Virus record (IMG/VR): IMGVR_UViG_3300017724_000001
From: an uncultured virus (IMG/VR IMGVR_UViG_3300017724_000001)
Lineage: Duplodnaviria; Heunggongvirae; Uroviricota; Caudoviricetes; Crassvirales
DNA: 20,000 nucleotides
Reading direction: 5' to 3' (one strand)
Shown: positions 6,216 to 14,410 of the stretch, in pieces
How the letters are laid out: the number at the start of each line of letters is the position of its first letter
Position numbering within the stretch: the stretch's first letter is position 1
Program-made: the position numbers and the translations under genes
The notes under the pieces: model-generated
What the model saw: only the letters and a program-made list of their open reading frames with translations
Told to the model about the DNA's origin: nothing
The model's database searches: none

Positions 6216-6539
6216 ATGGCTGATTGGGATGATAACGGGGAAAAAGAAACTGGTGGTTTATCTGACATACAGCAAATGCAGTTAGATGCTATTATATTAG
6301 ACACAGCATACAACAATGCATGGATGTTACTGACCGGGGAAATTACTTTTGAAGAATTAATATCAACTCAATTTAGTGAGGGAAAAGAGTTAGTGATGGC
6401 TTATGATCCAGACAATGGACCGAAACTTGAAGAATTAGAAAATATGATAGCGTACTTCGTAGAAGAAGAAGACTATGAGAAGTGTGCTGCATTAAGGGAT
6501 ATAATGTTTAAAGCGTATCCGGAAACTTATGAAGCTTAG
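6216..6539 (+). CDS. Acidic hypothetical protein with a C-terminal UVR (UvrB/C)-like motif
   Basis: LENMIAYFVEEEDYEKCAALRD resembles the UVR coiled-coil motif. It is the first gene of the plus-strand arm. Confidence 0.65.
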   Translation: MADWDDNGEKETGGLSDIQQMQLDAIILDTAYNNAWMLLTGEITFEELISTQFSEGKELVMAYDPDNGPKLEELENMIAYFVEEEDYEKCAALRDIMFKAYPETYEA

Positions 6540-6544
6540 AAATT

Positions 6545-6754
6545 ATGGCATTAAAAAGAAAAACAACTAAAAAGAAAAAAAGTACCGTAAATAGTTCAGG
6601 GAATTATACTAAACCGGGAATGCGTAAAAGATTATTTAATTCTATCAAGGCTGGTAGTAAGGGTGGTGCACCTGGTCAGTGGTCTGCACGTAAAGCACAA
6701 ATGCTTGCTAAACGTTACAAAGCTAACGGTGGTGGATACAAATCCAAGAAATGA
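6545..6754 (+). CDS. Small basic protein, similar to the N-terminal half of the DUF5872 family
   Basis: YTKPGMRKRLFNSIKAGSKGGAPGQWSARKAQMLAKRYKANGGGYK, recognised from memory of this family. Confidence 0.7.
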   Translation: MALKRKTTKKKKSTVNSSGNYTKPGMRKRLFNSIKAGSKGGAPGQWSARKAQMLAKRYKANGGGYKSKK

Positions 6755-6972
6755 TGAAAGACCTAACCCTAAATATTGGTAATATAATCTGGATCATAGG
6801 TATTATATTCACAATGGGTATAGCATATAGCCAAATAGCACAATTATCAGATGATATGGTTGTACTAGAAGCTAGGCTAGAAAAAAAAATAAAAATAATC
6901 AATGAATCGGAAGATAGGATTGTAGAATTAGAGAAAGAAATTATTAGGCTACAAGAATCAAGATGTAAGTAA
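6751..6972 (+). CDS. Single-TM plus coiled-coil protein (possible holin- or spanin-like)
   Basis: N-terminal hydrophobic helix followed by a heptad-rich region. It has an ATGA overlap with the upstream gene. Confidence 0.65.
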   Translation: MMKDLTLNIGNIIWIIGIIFTMGIAYSQIAQLSDDMVVLEARLEKKIKIINESEDRIVELEKEIIRLQESRCK

Positions 6973-7214
6973 TGGCAAAGACTAAACAACAAAAAAGTCT
7001 AACTAGATGGACTAAGCAGAAATGGAGAACGGCAAGCGGAAAGAAATCTTCCGAAACCGGAGAGGTATATGCACCTTCTAGAACTATATCTAAACTTAAG
7101 AGTACTAAGAAAGGTAAAAAGAAATTGGCTGCAGCTAATGCAAAGAAACGTGCTGCTACCAAGAAAGGTAAACAACACGCAAGTCACGGTTTGCATAAAG
7201 GAAAGAAAAGATAA
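6972..7214 (+). CDS. Small basic protein, similar to the C-terminal half of the DUF5872 family
   Basis: QQKSLTRWTKQKWRTASGKKS..TGEVYAP....KRAATKKGKQH. It is joined to both neighbours by TAATG coupling. Confidence 0.65.
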   Translation: MAKTKQQKSLTRWTKQKWRTASGKKSSETGEVYAPSRTISKLKSTKKGKKKLAAANAKKRAATKKGKQHASHGLHKGKKR

Positions 7215-7507
7215 TGGCAGTTAAGAAAAAAGATAGTAGATTAGCTAAAGCTGGTGTATCAGGATATAACAAGCCTAAACGTACACCTGGACACCCTAAG
7301 AAGTCCCATATTGTTGTAGCCAAAGAAGGAGATAAGATTAAGACTATACGTTTTGGACAAAAAGGTGCAAAGACTGCTGGTAAACCAAAAGCAGGTGAGT
7401 CAGCTAAAATGAAAGCTAAACGTAAGAGTTTTAAGGCTAGGCATGGCAAAAACATAAAGAAAGGCAAAATGTCTGCTGCTTATTGGGCAGACAAAGTTAA
7501 ATGGTAG
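7214..7507 (+). CDS. Small basic conserved phage protein
   Basis: Lys-rich, with K.IRFGQ.G, RKSFKARH and SAAYWA.KVKW motifs common in aquatic phage proteins. Confidence 0.75.
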   Translation: MAVKKKDSRLAKAGVSGYNKPKRTPGHPKKSHIVVAKEGDKIKTIRFGQKGAKTAGKPKAGESAKMKAKRKSFKARHGKNIKKGKMSAAYWADKVKW

Positions 7508-7510
7508 GAT

Positions 7511-7726
7511 ATGACAGCAGCACAGTTAAGAGAATTGGGATTTACCAAAATGGGTCATCATGAAGATGATGATTGGCCAGAAGGATATTTCTACTTTAGT
7601 ATTGAGTTTGGAGATATGCTATTTCATACCGGGGGTAATGATGAAGCTGAAGAAGATGGGGGATGGTATATTCAAGATCCTACAATGACTATTAAAATAT
7701 GGCAATATTCGGAAGCTAAAATGTAA
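7511..7726 (+). CDS. Hypothetical acidic protein, possibly extending to 7770 through a frameshift
   Basis: Co-oriented ORF starting 3 nt after the previous stop codon. Confidence 0.6.
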   Translation: MTAAQLRELGFTKMGHHEDDDWPEGYFYFSIEFGDMLFHTGGNDEAEEDGGWYIQDPTMTIKIWQYSEAKM

Positions 7727-7796
7727 TTGACGTACTTAGACGTAATACGGTTTCTAAAATAAGTATCTAAACTTTTTTTATTTAAACTATTTTTTA

Positions 7797-7804
7797 TACA
7801 TTTG
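7797..7804 (+). promoter_or_regulatory. Bacteroidota-type -7 element (TACATTTG)
   Basis: Matches TAnnTTTG. It is intergenic, about 28 nt upstream of the ATG at 7833. Confidence 0.5.
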
Positions 7805-7832
7805 TTTTTATTAACTTATAAAAAATAGTAAA

Positions 7833-8144
7833 ATGTCAGATTCAAAAACCAATTCAAATATTCAAGACAAAGATCCAAAAATGTCTAAAGAAGAAATGTC
7901 AGCACGTAGAGATGAAATTACTCAATTCTACAATGATAATATTCCACACTTGGAAGTTCAAGCAGATTATGAAACGTTATTAGCTACTATAGAAAAGGCT
8001 AGAGCAGAGCGTATGCAAGCCCAAATGTTTATGGCACAGCAATATGCTGCTCAAAAAGGTGAAGGTGCACCAGATCTTAATACAGAAGAAGGTAAAGCTT
8101 TTCAAGAAGCAATGGTAAAAGCTATGCAAGATGAAACAGCTTAA
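7833..8144 (+). CDS. Hypothetical helical protein (103 aa)
   Basis: ORF with an A-rich leader that overlaps the endolysin start. Confidence 0.7.
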   Translation: MSDSKTNSNIQDKDPKMSKEEMSARRDEITQFYNDNIPHLEVQADYETLLATIEKARAERMQAQMFMAQQYAAQKGEGAPDLNTEEGKAFQEAMVKAMQDETA

Positions 8145-9051
8145 GAGAGGTGATAGAGGCTCAGATGTTAAAACACTACAGACAGCATTAGGGCTTACCG
8201 TAGATGGGGTCTTTGGACCCTTGACAGAAAAAGCTGTAGAAAGATTCCAATTAGATAAGGACTTAATGGTTACAGGAGTTGTAGACTCTAATACATGGAC
8301 ATTAATTCTAAATATGGAATATACTGTTACAGAAGCAATTGACGAAGATACAGATGCTTCATCTCAGTATTTTAAAACAAACTATGATCAAATAATTCAT
8401 AGACATCACTTACCAAAAGGAGAATACCTTAAGGGACCTATACAAAATGAATATATATTTTTACATCATACAGCAGGTAATGCTAATCCATATAGATGTA
8501 TTGATCATTGGGGTAGGGATACTAGAGGAAGAGTTGCCACTGAATTTGTTTTAGGAGGTATCAATCACAGAAATGGTGATGATGAGTTTGATGGTGTTAT
8601 GGTACAAGCTTTTCCTGAAGGATGTCAAGGATGGCATTTGGGTAGGACAGGTTCAGGATTTATGAACCGTCACTCTGTAGCATTAGAAATATGCAGCATG
8701 GGTTATTTAGATAAAAATCATTTAACTTATGTTGGGTCTAAATGTACACCAGATCAAGTTGTTACTCTTGATGAACCATTTAAAGGCAAGCTATATTGGC
8801 ATACATATTCAGAAGCACAAATTAAAGAAACAGAAAAGTGGATTAAATATGTTGCTGATAGAGATAATATAGATGTAAGATTAGGACTACAACAATTTAT
8901 TAAAAAGTATGGTCCAACAAAAGGCTTTGATTTTCAACAAGATGCATTCTATGGAAAAATAAAAGGTTTATTAACACACACCAATGTTAGGAAAGGTAAA
9001 ATGGATTGTTATCCTCATCCTGACTTTGTTGATATGATAATGAGTTTATAA
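8131..9051 (+). CDS. N-acetylmuramoyl-L-alanine amidase (endolysin) with an N-terminal peptidoglycan-binding domain
   Basis: LKRGDRGSDVKTLQTALGLTVDGVFGPLTEKAVERFQ matches PG_binding_1. The IFLHHTAG, WHLG, SVALEIC, LLTHTNV and K.DC.P motifs match Amidase_2 Zn ligands. Confidence 0.9.
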   Translation: MKQLKRGDRGSDVKTLQTALGLTVDGVFGPLTEKAVERFQLDKDLMVTGVVDSNTWTLILNMEYTVTEAIDEDTDASSQYFKTNYDQIIHRHHLPKGEYLKGPIQNEYIFLHHTAGNANPYRCIDHWGRDTRGRVATEFVLGGINHRNGDDEFDGVMVQAFPEGCQGWHLGRTGSGFMNRHSVALEICSMGYLDKNHLTYVGSKCTPDQVVTLDEPFKGKLYWHTYSEAQIKETEKWIKYVADRDNIDVRLGLQQFIKKYGPTKGFDFQQDAFYGKIKGLLTHTNVRKGKMDCYPHPDFVDMIMSL

Positions 9052-9052
9052 T

Positions 9053-9424
9053 ATGGCTATAGTAAATAAAGTAGATCTTAAACATCAAGTAGATATAAAT
9101 GTATCAATAAAGTATCAGATAGTTACATACTGTTTCTTTAATGATACGTTAATTAGTAATTCAGATTTAAAATTTTTAACTGAATTGGCTAAGGTTCAAG
9201 GAATAGAACTTACAAAGTTTTGTGATTTTGCAGTTGGAAAAAATATATTTAAAAGTTCTCAATCAGCTAGAAATGCAATTACAAAGGCTGAGAAGAAGAA
9301 TTTACTTGTAAAAAAAGGACACAATAAAAAAACTATTTCTTTAAATCCAGATATTAATGTTCAATCTAGTGGTCTTGTATTGTTGGATTATAAAATATTA
9401 GGACGTGAATCCGAAGAGTCATAA
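9053..9424 (+). CDS. Hypothetical protein, possibly a winged-helix DNA-binding protein
   Basis: FKSSQSARNAITKAEKKNLLVKKG resembles a recognition helix plus wing. Confidence 0.6.
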   Translation: MAIVNKVDLKHQVDINVSIKYQIVTYCFFNDTLISNSDLKFLTELAKVQGIELTKFCDFAVGKNIFKSSQSARNAITKAEKKNLLVKKGHNKKTISLNPDINVQSSGLVLLDYKILGRESEES

Positions 9425-9761
9425 AGAGTTTAAGAAAGGAATAGCAGATGAAGTTGGTGTTCATCCTTCTGTTGTAGATGATTTTGTTTCATTTTATTAT
9501 GCAAAGGTTAGACAAAAACTTTCTAGTTTAGCTTTTCCTAGAATTAACGTAGATGGGCTAGGAACCTTTTATTTAAGAAAAAATAAACTAGATAAATCTA
9601 TAATGAAAAATAAAAGTCTTTTAGGAAATATTGCTAAAAGAACTTATAATGGATTTGCAAAAAGTGAAGATATACAAAATAATATTTTGCAAATGGAAAA
9701 AGCAATGGCACAACTAGAGCAAGATATTAGCAATAAAAAGAAATTTAGAAATGAAAAGTAA
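9405..9761 (+). CDS. HU/IHF-like DNA-binding protein
   Basis: IADEVGVHPSVVDDFV...RINVDGLGTFYLR follows the HU/IHF pattern. It starts with GTG. IHF-like genes are typical of the crAss-like head module. Confidence 0.7.
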   Translation: MNPKSHKEFKKGIADEVGVHPSVVDDFVSFYYAKVRQKLSSLAFPRINVDGLGTFYLRKNKLDKSIMKNKSLLGNIAKRTYNGFAKSEDIQNNILQMEKAMAQLEQDISNKKKFRNEK

Positions 9762-10086
9762 GTGGAGTAAATATCTTGATGTATTTAAAAATGCTGATAA
9801 AATTGCAGAAGGAATTAAGAATAGTATTTTTAAAAAAGAACATGTTGAAGCAGTAGCAACTGATAGATTTCAAATATGTGTAAAGTGCTCTTTATTTGAT
9901 GCTGGAGGAGATAAATGTGTTGCACCTGGTACACAGCCATGTTGTGGAGATTGTGGATGTAGCTTAGCTTTTAAAGTAAGATCTTTATCTTCTGAATGTC
10001 CAAAAGGATATTGGGATGCATATACAACAGAAGAAGAAGAAGAACTAATAACTAAACAAATAGAAGATAATGAAACTAATAATTAA
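9751..10086 (+). CDS. Cys-rich putative Zn-binding protein
   Basis: R..IC..C, CC..CGC.L..K.RS.SSECP.G.W. Confidence 0.7.
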   Translation: MKSKWSKYLDVFKNADKIAEGIKNSIFKKEHVEAVATDRFQICVKCSLFDAGGDKCVAPGTQPCCGDCGCSLAFKVRSLSSECPKGYWDAYTTEEEEELITKQIEDNETNN

Positions 10087-10162
10087 CTATGTATACAATG
10101 ATACTGTAACTTCTTTAGAGGTAAAAAATGATAAATCATACTGGTATACAACAATATCATAG
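10070..10162 (+). CDS. Possible 30-aa micro-ORF
   Basis: MKLIINYVYNDTVTSLEVKNDKSYWYTTIS* exactly fills the gap and ends 2 nt before the next ATG. Confidence 0.35.
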   Translation: MKLIINYVYNDTVTSLEVKNDKSYWYTTIS

Positions 10163-10164
10163 AT

Positions 10165-10980
10165 ATGGGACTAAAATTTATAGAAGAAGGTCATGTGTAT
10201 GAAAGCACAAATGATGAAAACATTAACTGGCTTAGTGTAACATCTTTTATTGCCAAGTTTAAACCTAAATTTGATAGAGATGGTCAAGCAAAAAAATCAT
10301 CTAAAAATAAAAGATCTAAATGGTATGGTATGACACCAAAAGAAATAATTGCTGCATGGGATGCTGAAACAGAAAGAGCAATTAAACTTGGTAACTTTTA
10401 TCATAACCAAAGAGAAGCTGACATGCTAGATCTTAAAACAATTGGTAGACATGGTGTAGAAGTTCCTATCATTAAACCTATTATTGATGAACAAGGAACT
10501 AAAATTGCACCAAAACAAAAACTTGAAGAAGGTGTTTATCCTGAACATTTAGTGTATTTAAAATCAGTAGGTTTATGTGGTCAAGCAGATGTAGTAGAAG
10601 TAGTTAATGGCTATATAAACATTAATGATTACAAGACTAATAAAGAAATAAAAGAGAAAGGATTTACTAATTGGGAAGGGATTACTAATAAAATGTATAA
10701 GCCTGTTAATCATTTAGATGATTGTAATTTGAATCATTATAACCTTCAACTCAGTATTTATGCGTATATTATTAAAAAGCACAACCCTAAACTTAAGATT
10801 GGAAAACTAACAATTCAACATGTAAAGTTTAAACAAGTAGGTGAAGATGCTAATGGATATCCAATCAATGAGCATGTTAACGGAGAACCCGTATTAGAAA
10901 ATATTAAAATCTATGAATTACCATATTTAAAAGATGAAGTAAATTCTATTATTATGTGGTTGAAAGAAAATAAAAAATAA
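10165..10980 (+). CDS. PD-(D/E)XK family nuclease (Cas4/RecB-like exonuclease)
   Basis: SVTSFI, G...H, E..VY, GLCGQADVV, INDYKT and Y.LQLSIYAY motifs. Confidence 0.85.
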   Translation: MGLKFIEEGHVYESTNDENINWLSVTSFIAKFKPKFDRDGQAKKSSKNKRSKWYGMTPKEIIAAWDAETERAIKLGNFYHNQREADMLDLKTIGRHGVEVPIIKPIIDEQGTKIAPKQKLEEGVYPEHLVYLKSVGLCGQADVVEVVNGYININDYKTNKEIKEKGFTNWEGITNKMYKPVNHLDDCNLNHYNLQLSIYAYIIKKHNPKLKIGKLTIQHVKFKQVGEDANGYPINEHVNGEPVLENIKIYELPYLKDEVNSIIMWLKENKK

Positions 10981-10986
10981 AAGATT

Positions 10987-11337
10987 ATGTCAAAAAAAAT
11001 AGCATTATATAAACCAAGATATGTATCTCTTACACAAGTATTCCCAGTTTTAATAACAGATTCATTGGGGAGTCCTGCATTAACAGAAGATGGAAATTTA
11101 TTAGGATTTGATTATTCTAAAAGGCATGAAATATATATTGATGCAAATACTATTCTAGGTTTAAGAGCATATTTTGAACTAGGTAGAGATAAAGTTATTA
11201 ATTCTGTACATCAACTTCTAATTGATGGAATGGCTGAACCCATATGTATAACTAATATTTCTTTTAATGCTGTAAAGTCTATTATGAATCAGACTGACCT
11301 TGGTGAACTTTATGAAGATGGATGTAATTGTTTTTAA
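10987..11337 (+). CDS. Hypothetical protein (116 aa)
   Basis: Co-oriented ORF, tightly packed between its neighbours. Confidence 0.65.
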   Translation: MSKKIALYKPRYVSLTQVFPVLITDSLGSPALTEDGNLLGFDYSKRHEIYIDANTILGLRAYFELGRDKVINSVHQLLIDGMAEPICITNISFNAVKSIMNQTDLGELYEDGCNCF

Positions 11338-11340
11338 GAT

Positions 11341-11859
11341 ATGGTAATAAGATTATTTGACATACAAAATAGTAAGGTAGTATTAACAGAGCACTGTTAT
11401 GCACTACCCTTTTTAAAAGGTATAATGGAAGAGTATCCTGATACACATATGGCTGTATATCAGTATTTATTTTACATGACATGCCCCAATCCTGATTTAA
11501 ATCCATTTTTTAATCTGCCTGAACATGAAAAGGAAGATATTATAATAGAAGAAATACAATTGGAAGAATCTCCTGAAGATAGTAAAATAAGGTATGCACT
11601 TGATATGTGTAAGAAACTATATGAAACCCCAACATATAGAGCTTATGTAGGTATAAAATCCATGTTAGATAGATTAGCTAAGTATATGGAAGTTACTGCA
11701 ATAGAACATGGTAGAGATGGAAACATTAATGCTATGGTAAATGCAGCAGCTAAATTTGAAAACATAAGACAGTCATATAAAGGTGCATTTACAGATATGA
11801 GACAAGAACAAGAAAGTTCAGTACGTGGAGGTGCCGGACTTGCTTATGATCAAATGTAG
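11341..11859 (+). CDS. Conserved hypothetical protein upstream of the terminase (candidate small terminase subunit)
   Basis: Helical 172-aa protein ending in VRGG. The function is inferred only from its position. Confidence 0.6.
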   Translation: MVIRLFDIQNSKVVLTEHCYALPFLKGIMEEYPDTHMAVYQYLFYMTCPNPDLNPFFNLPEHEKEDIIIEEIQLEESPEDSKIRYALDMCKKLYETPTYRAYVGIKSMLDRLAKYMEVTAIEHGRDGNINAMVNAAAKFENIRQSYKGAFTDMRQEQESSVRGGAGLAYDQM

Positions 11860-12000
11860 ATGAGTAAAAACAAAACACAATGGCTATTTTGCTATTGGGA
11901 TGAGCCAGAATTTAATTATAAACCAATAAATAAAAAGAATGAAAAATCAAGTAGTAGTACCAGTAGGAATGAAGCTTCTAATAAAGGAGATAAAACCTGA
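11860..12000 (+). CDS. Possible 46-aa micro-ORF
   Basis: ATG directly after the upstream TAG, translating as MSKNKTQWLFCYWDEPEFNYKPINKK... It overlaps groES. Confidence 0.35.
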   Translation: MSKNKTQWLFCYWDEPEFNYKPINKKNEKSSSSTSRNEASNKGDKT

Positions 12001-12217
12001 AACTAAAACTAAGTCAGGATTATACTTACCTGAGATAGCACTTAAACAAACATTTCAAGGTAAAGTAGTGGGTAGAGGTGATGAGGTAACTGAAATACAA
12101 ATAGGTGATGTTGTTCAATATGCAGAACATGCTATGCCTACACCAATGAAACACCAAGGAGAAGATCATTTGTTATTACAAGTAGGTGATGTATATGCTA
12201 TCATAAGATATGAGTAG
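11939..12217 (+). CDS. groES: Co-chaperonin GroES (Cpn10)
   Basis: P.G.KLLIK, mobile loop ETKTKSGLYLP, GKVVGRG, IQIGDVVQY and GEDHLLL...DVYAII. Length is 92 aa. Confidence 0.9.
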   Translation: MKNQVVVPVGMKLLIKEIKPETKTKSGLYLPEIALKQTFQGKVVGRGDEVTEIQIGDVVQYAEHAMPTPMKHQGEDHLLLQVGDVYAIIRYE

Positions 12218-14399
12218 AATCATACCTACATATGAAAATGGAAAGTGGGATGTAACGTCATTTGAAAGTGATGAAGACTTTGCAGAATATCTATATAGTA
12301 TTTTTAAAGAACCTGGTAAATATAACTTTACCAAGATAGCTCTTGAATTTAATAAAGAAGCAAGAGTATTTAATGAGCAAGGGTTTTATTGTAATAAGCC
12401 ATTTAGGTCAAAAGATTTTACTGCTTATTGGGAAGATCAAAAAAATAAATGTAGAGTAGGAGTTATATATAAAGATGGTGATAATCAATGGTATTTAACT
12501 AGAGATTATTATATGTGGCTAAACTTTTTACCAATCTTTGATAAAGAAGAAAAGCATTATGGTTTTGCTAAGGTAAGAGATGCACAATATCACATGGCTT
12601 TGTATGAACTATTAGCTGAGTTAAATAATCAGCATTCTGCAATACTTAAAAAACGTCAGATAGCATCCTCATATTTTCATATGGGTAAGATTATAAATCA
12701 ATATTGGTTTGAAGAAGGTTCAATTTGTAAAGTAGGAGCATCATTAAAAGATTATATTAATGATAAAGGTTCATGGAAGTTTTTAGAAGAATATAAAACA
12801 TTTCTTAATGAACATACCGCATGGTATAGACCAAGTAATCCTGAAAAGGTTTTACTATGGCAACAGCAAATTGAGGTCAAAGTAAACAATAGAAAAACAT
12901 CAAGAGGTCTCAAATCAAAGATACAAGGTGCTTCATTTGAAAAGAATGCTACTACAGGGGTAGGGGGTCCATGTACATATTTCTTTCATGAGGAGGCAGG
13001 AATTGCTAAAAACATGATGCAGACATATGAGTATTTGCGTCCTGCAATGTCATCCGGTATGATGACTACAGGTATGTTTATAGCTGCTGGATCAGTGGGT
13101 GATTTAGAACAATGTGGTCCATTAAAAGAAATGATACTTAATCCAAGTGCTAATGATATATATGCTGTAGAAACAAATCTAATGGATGCTGATGGAACAA
13201 TTGGTATGGCAGGGTTATTTATTCCAGAACAATGGTCTATGCCCCCTTATATTGATGATTATGGTAACTCACAAGTTGAAGAAGCAATAGAAGCAATAGG
13301 ATTAGAAAGAGCAAGATGGAAAAATGAATTAAGTGGTGAACAGTATCAATTAAGAATATCACAAAAACCTCTTAATATAGGAGAAGCATTTGCATATAGA
13401 AAAGAGTCTGTTTTCCCACAAGGTATTTTAAGTAAACAACTTAAACGTATTGAAGAGAAAGAATATGCATATGAATTAATTGAATTAGATAGAGATCAAA
13501 CTGGTATAGTTGCAAAACGTACAAAAAAATTACCTATATCAACTTTTCCAGTAAACAAAAAAGAAATTGATAAAACAGGATCTATTGTTGTATGGGAAAG
13601 ACCAGTTAAAAGCCCAGCATTTGGTGCATATTATGGATCAATTGACCCTGTGTCAGAAGGGAAGACAACAACATCAGATTCTTTGTGTAGTATTTATATT
13701 TATAAAAATGCTACTGAAGTAACAAGAACAACTGTGTCAGGTGAAGTAGAACAATTCATTGAAAAAGATAAAATTGTAGCAGCATGGTGTGGGCGTTTTG
13801 ATGATATAAATAAAACTCATGAAAGATTAGAAATGATCATAGAATGGTATAATGCATGGACAATTGTTGAAAACAATATTTCATTATTTATACAGCATAT
13901 GATTGCTAGAAAAAAACAAAGATATCTTGTTCCTAAACAACAAATACTTTTCTTAAAAGATCTTGGATCTAATAGAACAGTATATCAAGAATACGGATGG
14001 AAAAATACAGGTACATTATTTAAGAGTCATCTGATATCATATGCAATAGAATTTTTAAGAGAAGTTATTGATGAAGAGCTTGATGAAAATGGAAATGTAA
14101 TGCAACAAACATTGGGTGTTGAAAGAATACCAGATCCAATGCTACTTAAAGAAATGTTAGCATATTATCCAGGATTAAACGTTGATAGGCTTGTAACATT
14201 TGGTGCATTGATTGCATTTGTGAAAATTCAACAGTCAAATAGAGGCTATACTAAGAGACGTGAATCTGAAGGCAATTCTTTGGATAATTCAGAAAAAATG
14301 AGTAAATTAAAGTATAATGGTCCTTTTAGAAATATTGGGCGTAACAAGACATTTGGTGGTTCTAAAATTAGAAGGTCCGGATTCAAGAATATAAAATAG
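12210..14399 (+). CDS. terL: Terminase large subunit, crAss-like
   Basis: Walker A-like LKKRQIASS, Walker B FFHEEAG, RNase H-like nuclease YYGSIDP and the C-terminal NVDRL. It precedes the portal. Confidence 0.9.
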   Translation: MSRIIPTYENGKWDVTSFESDEDFAEYLYSIFKEPGKYNFTKIALEFNKEARVFNEQGFYCNKPFRSKDFTAYWEDQKNKCRVGVIYKDGDNQWYLTRDYYMWLNFLPIFDKEEKHYGFAKVRDAQYHMALYELLAELNNQHSAILKKRQIASSYFHMGKIINQYWFEEGSICKVGASLKDYINDKGSWKFLEEYKTFLNEHTAWYRPSNPEKVLLWQQQIEVKVNNRKTSRGLKSKIQGASFEKNATTGVGGPCTYFFHEEAGIAKNMMQTYEYLRPAMSSGMMTTGMFIAAGSVGDLEQCGPLKEMILNPSANDIYAVETNLMDADGTIGMAGLFIPEQWSMPPYIDDYGNSQVEEAIEAIGLERARWKNELSGEQYQLRISQKPLNIGEAFAYRKESVFPQGILSKQLKRIEEKEYAYELIELDRDQTGIVAKRTKKLPISTFPVNKKEIDKTGSIVVWERPVKSPAFGAYYGSIDPVSEGKTTTSDSLCSIYIYKNATEVTRTTVSGEVEQFIEKDKIVAAWCGRFDDINKTHERLEMIIEWYNAWTIVENNISLFIQHMIARKKQRYLVPKQQILFLKDLGSNRTVYQEYGWKNTGTLFKSHLISYAIEFLREVIDEELDENGNVMQQTLGVERIPDPMLLKEMLAYYPGLNVDRLVTFGALIAFVKIQQSNRGYTKRRESEGNSLDNSEKMSKLKYNGPFRNIGRNKTFGGSKIRRSGFKNIK

Positions 14400-14410
14400 A
14401 CTAAACAGGT

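Noticed and set aside
10165..10980. Cas4 as part of a CRISPR system
   Set aside because: It lacks the four-Cys Fe-S cluster pattern and any cas neighbours. It fits the standalone PD-(D/E)XK nuclease of the crAss-like head module.
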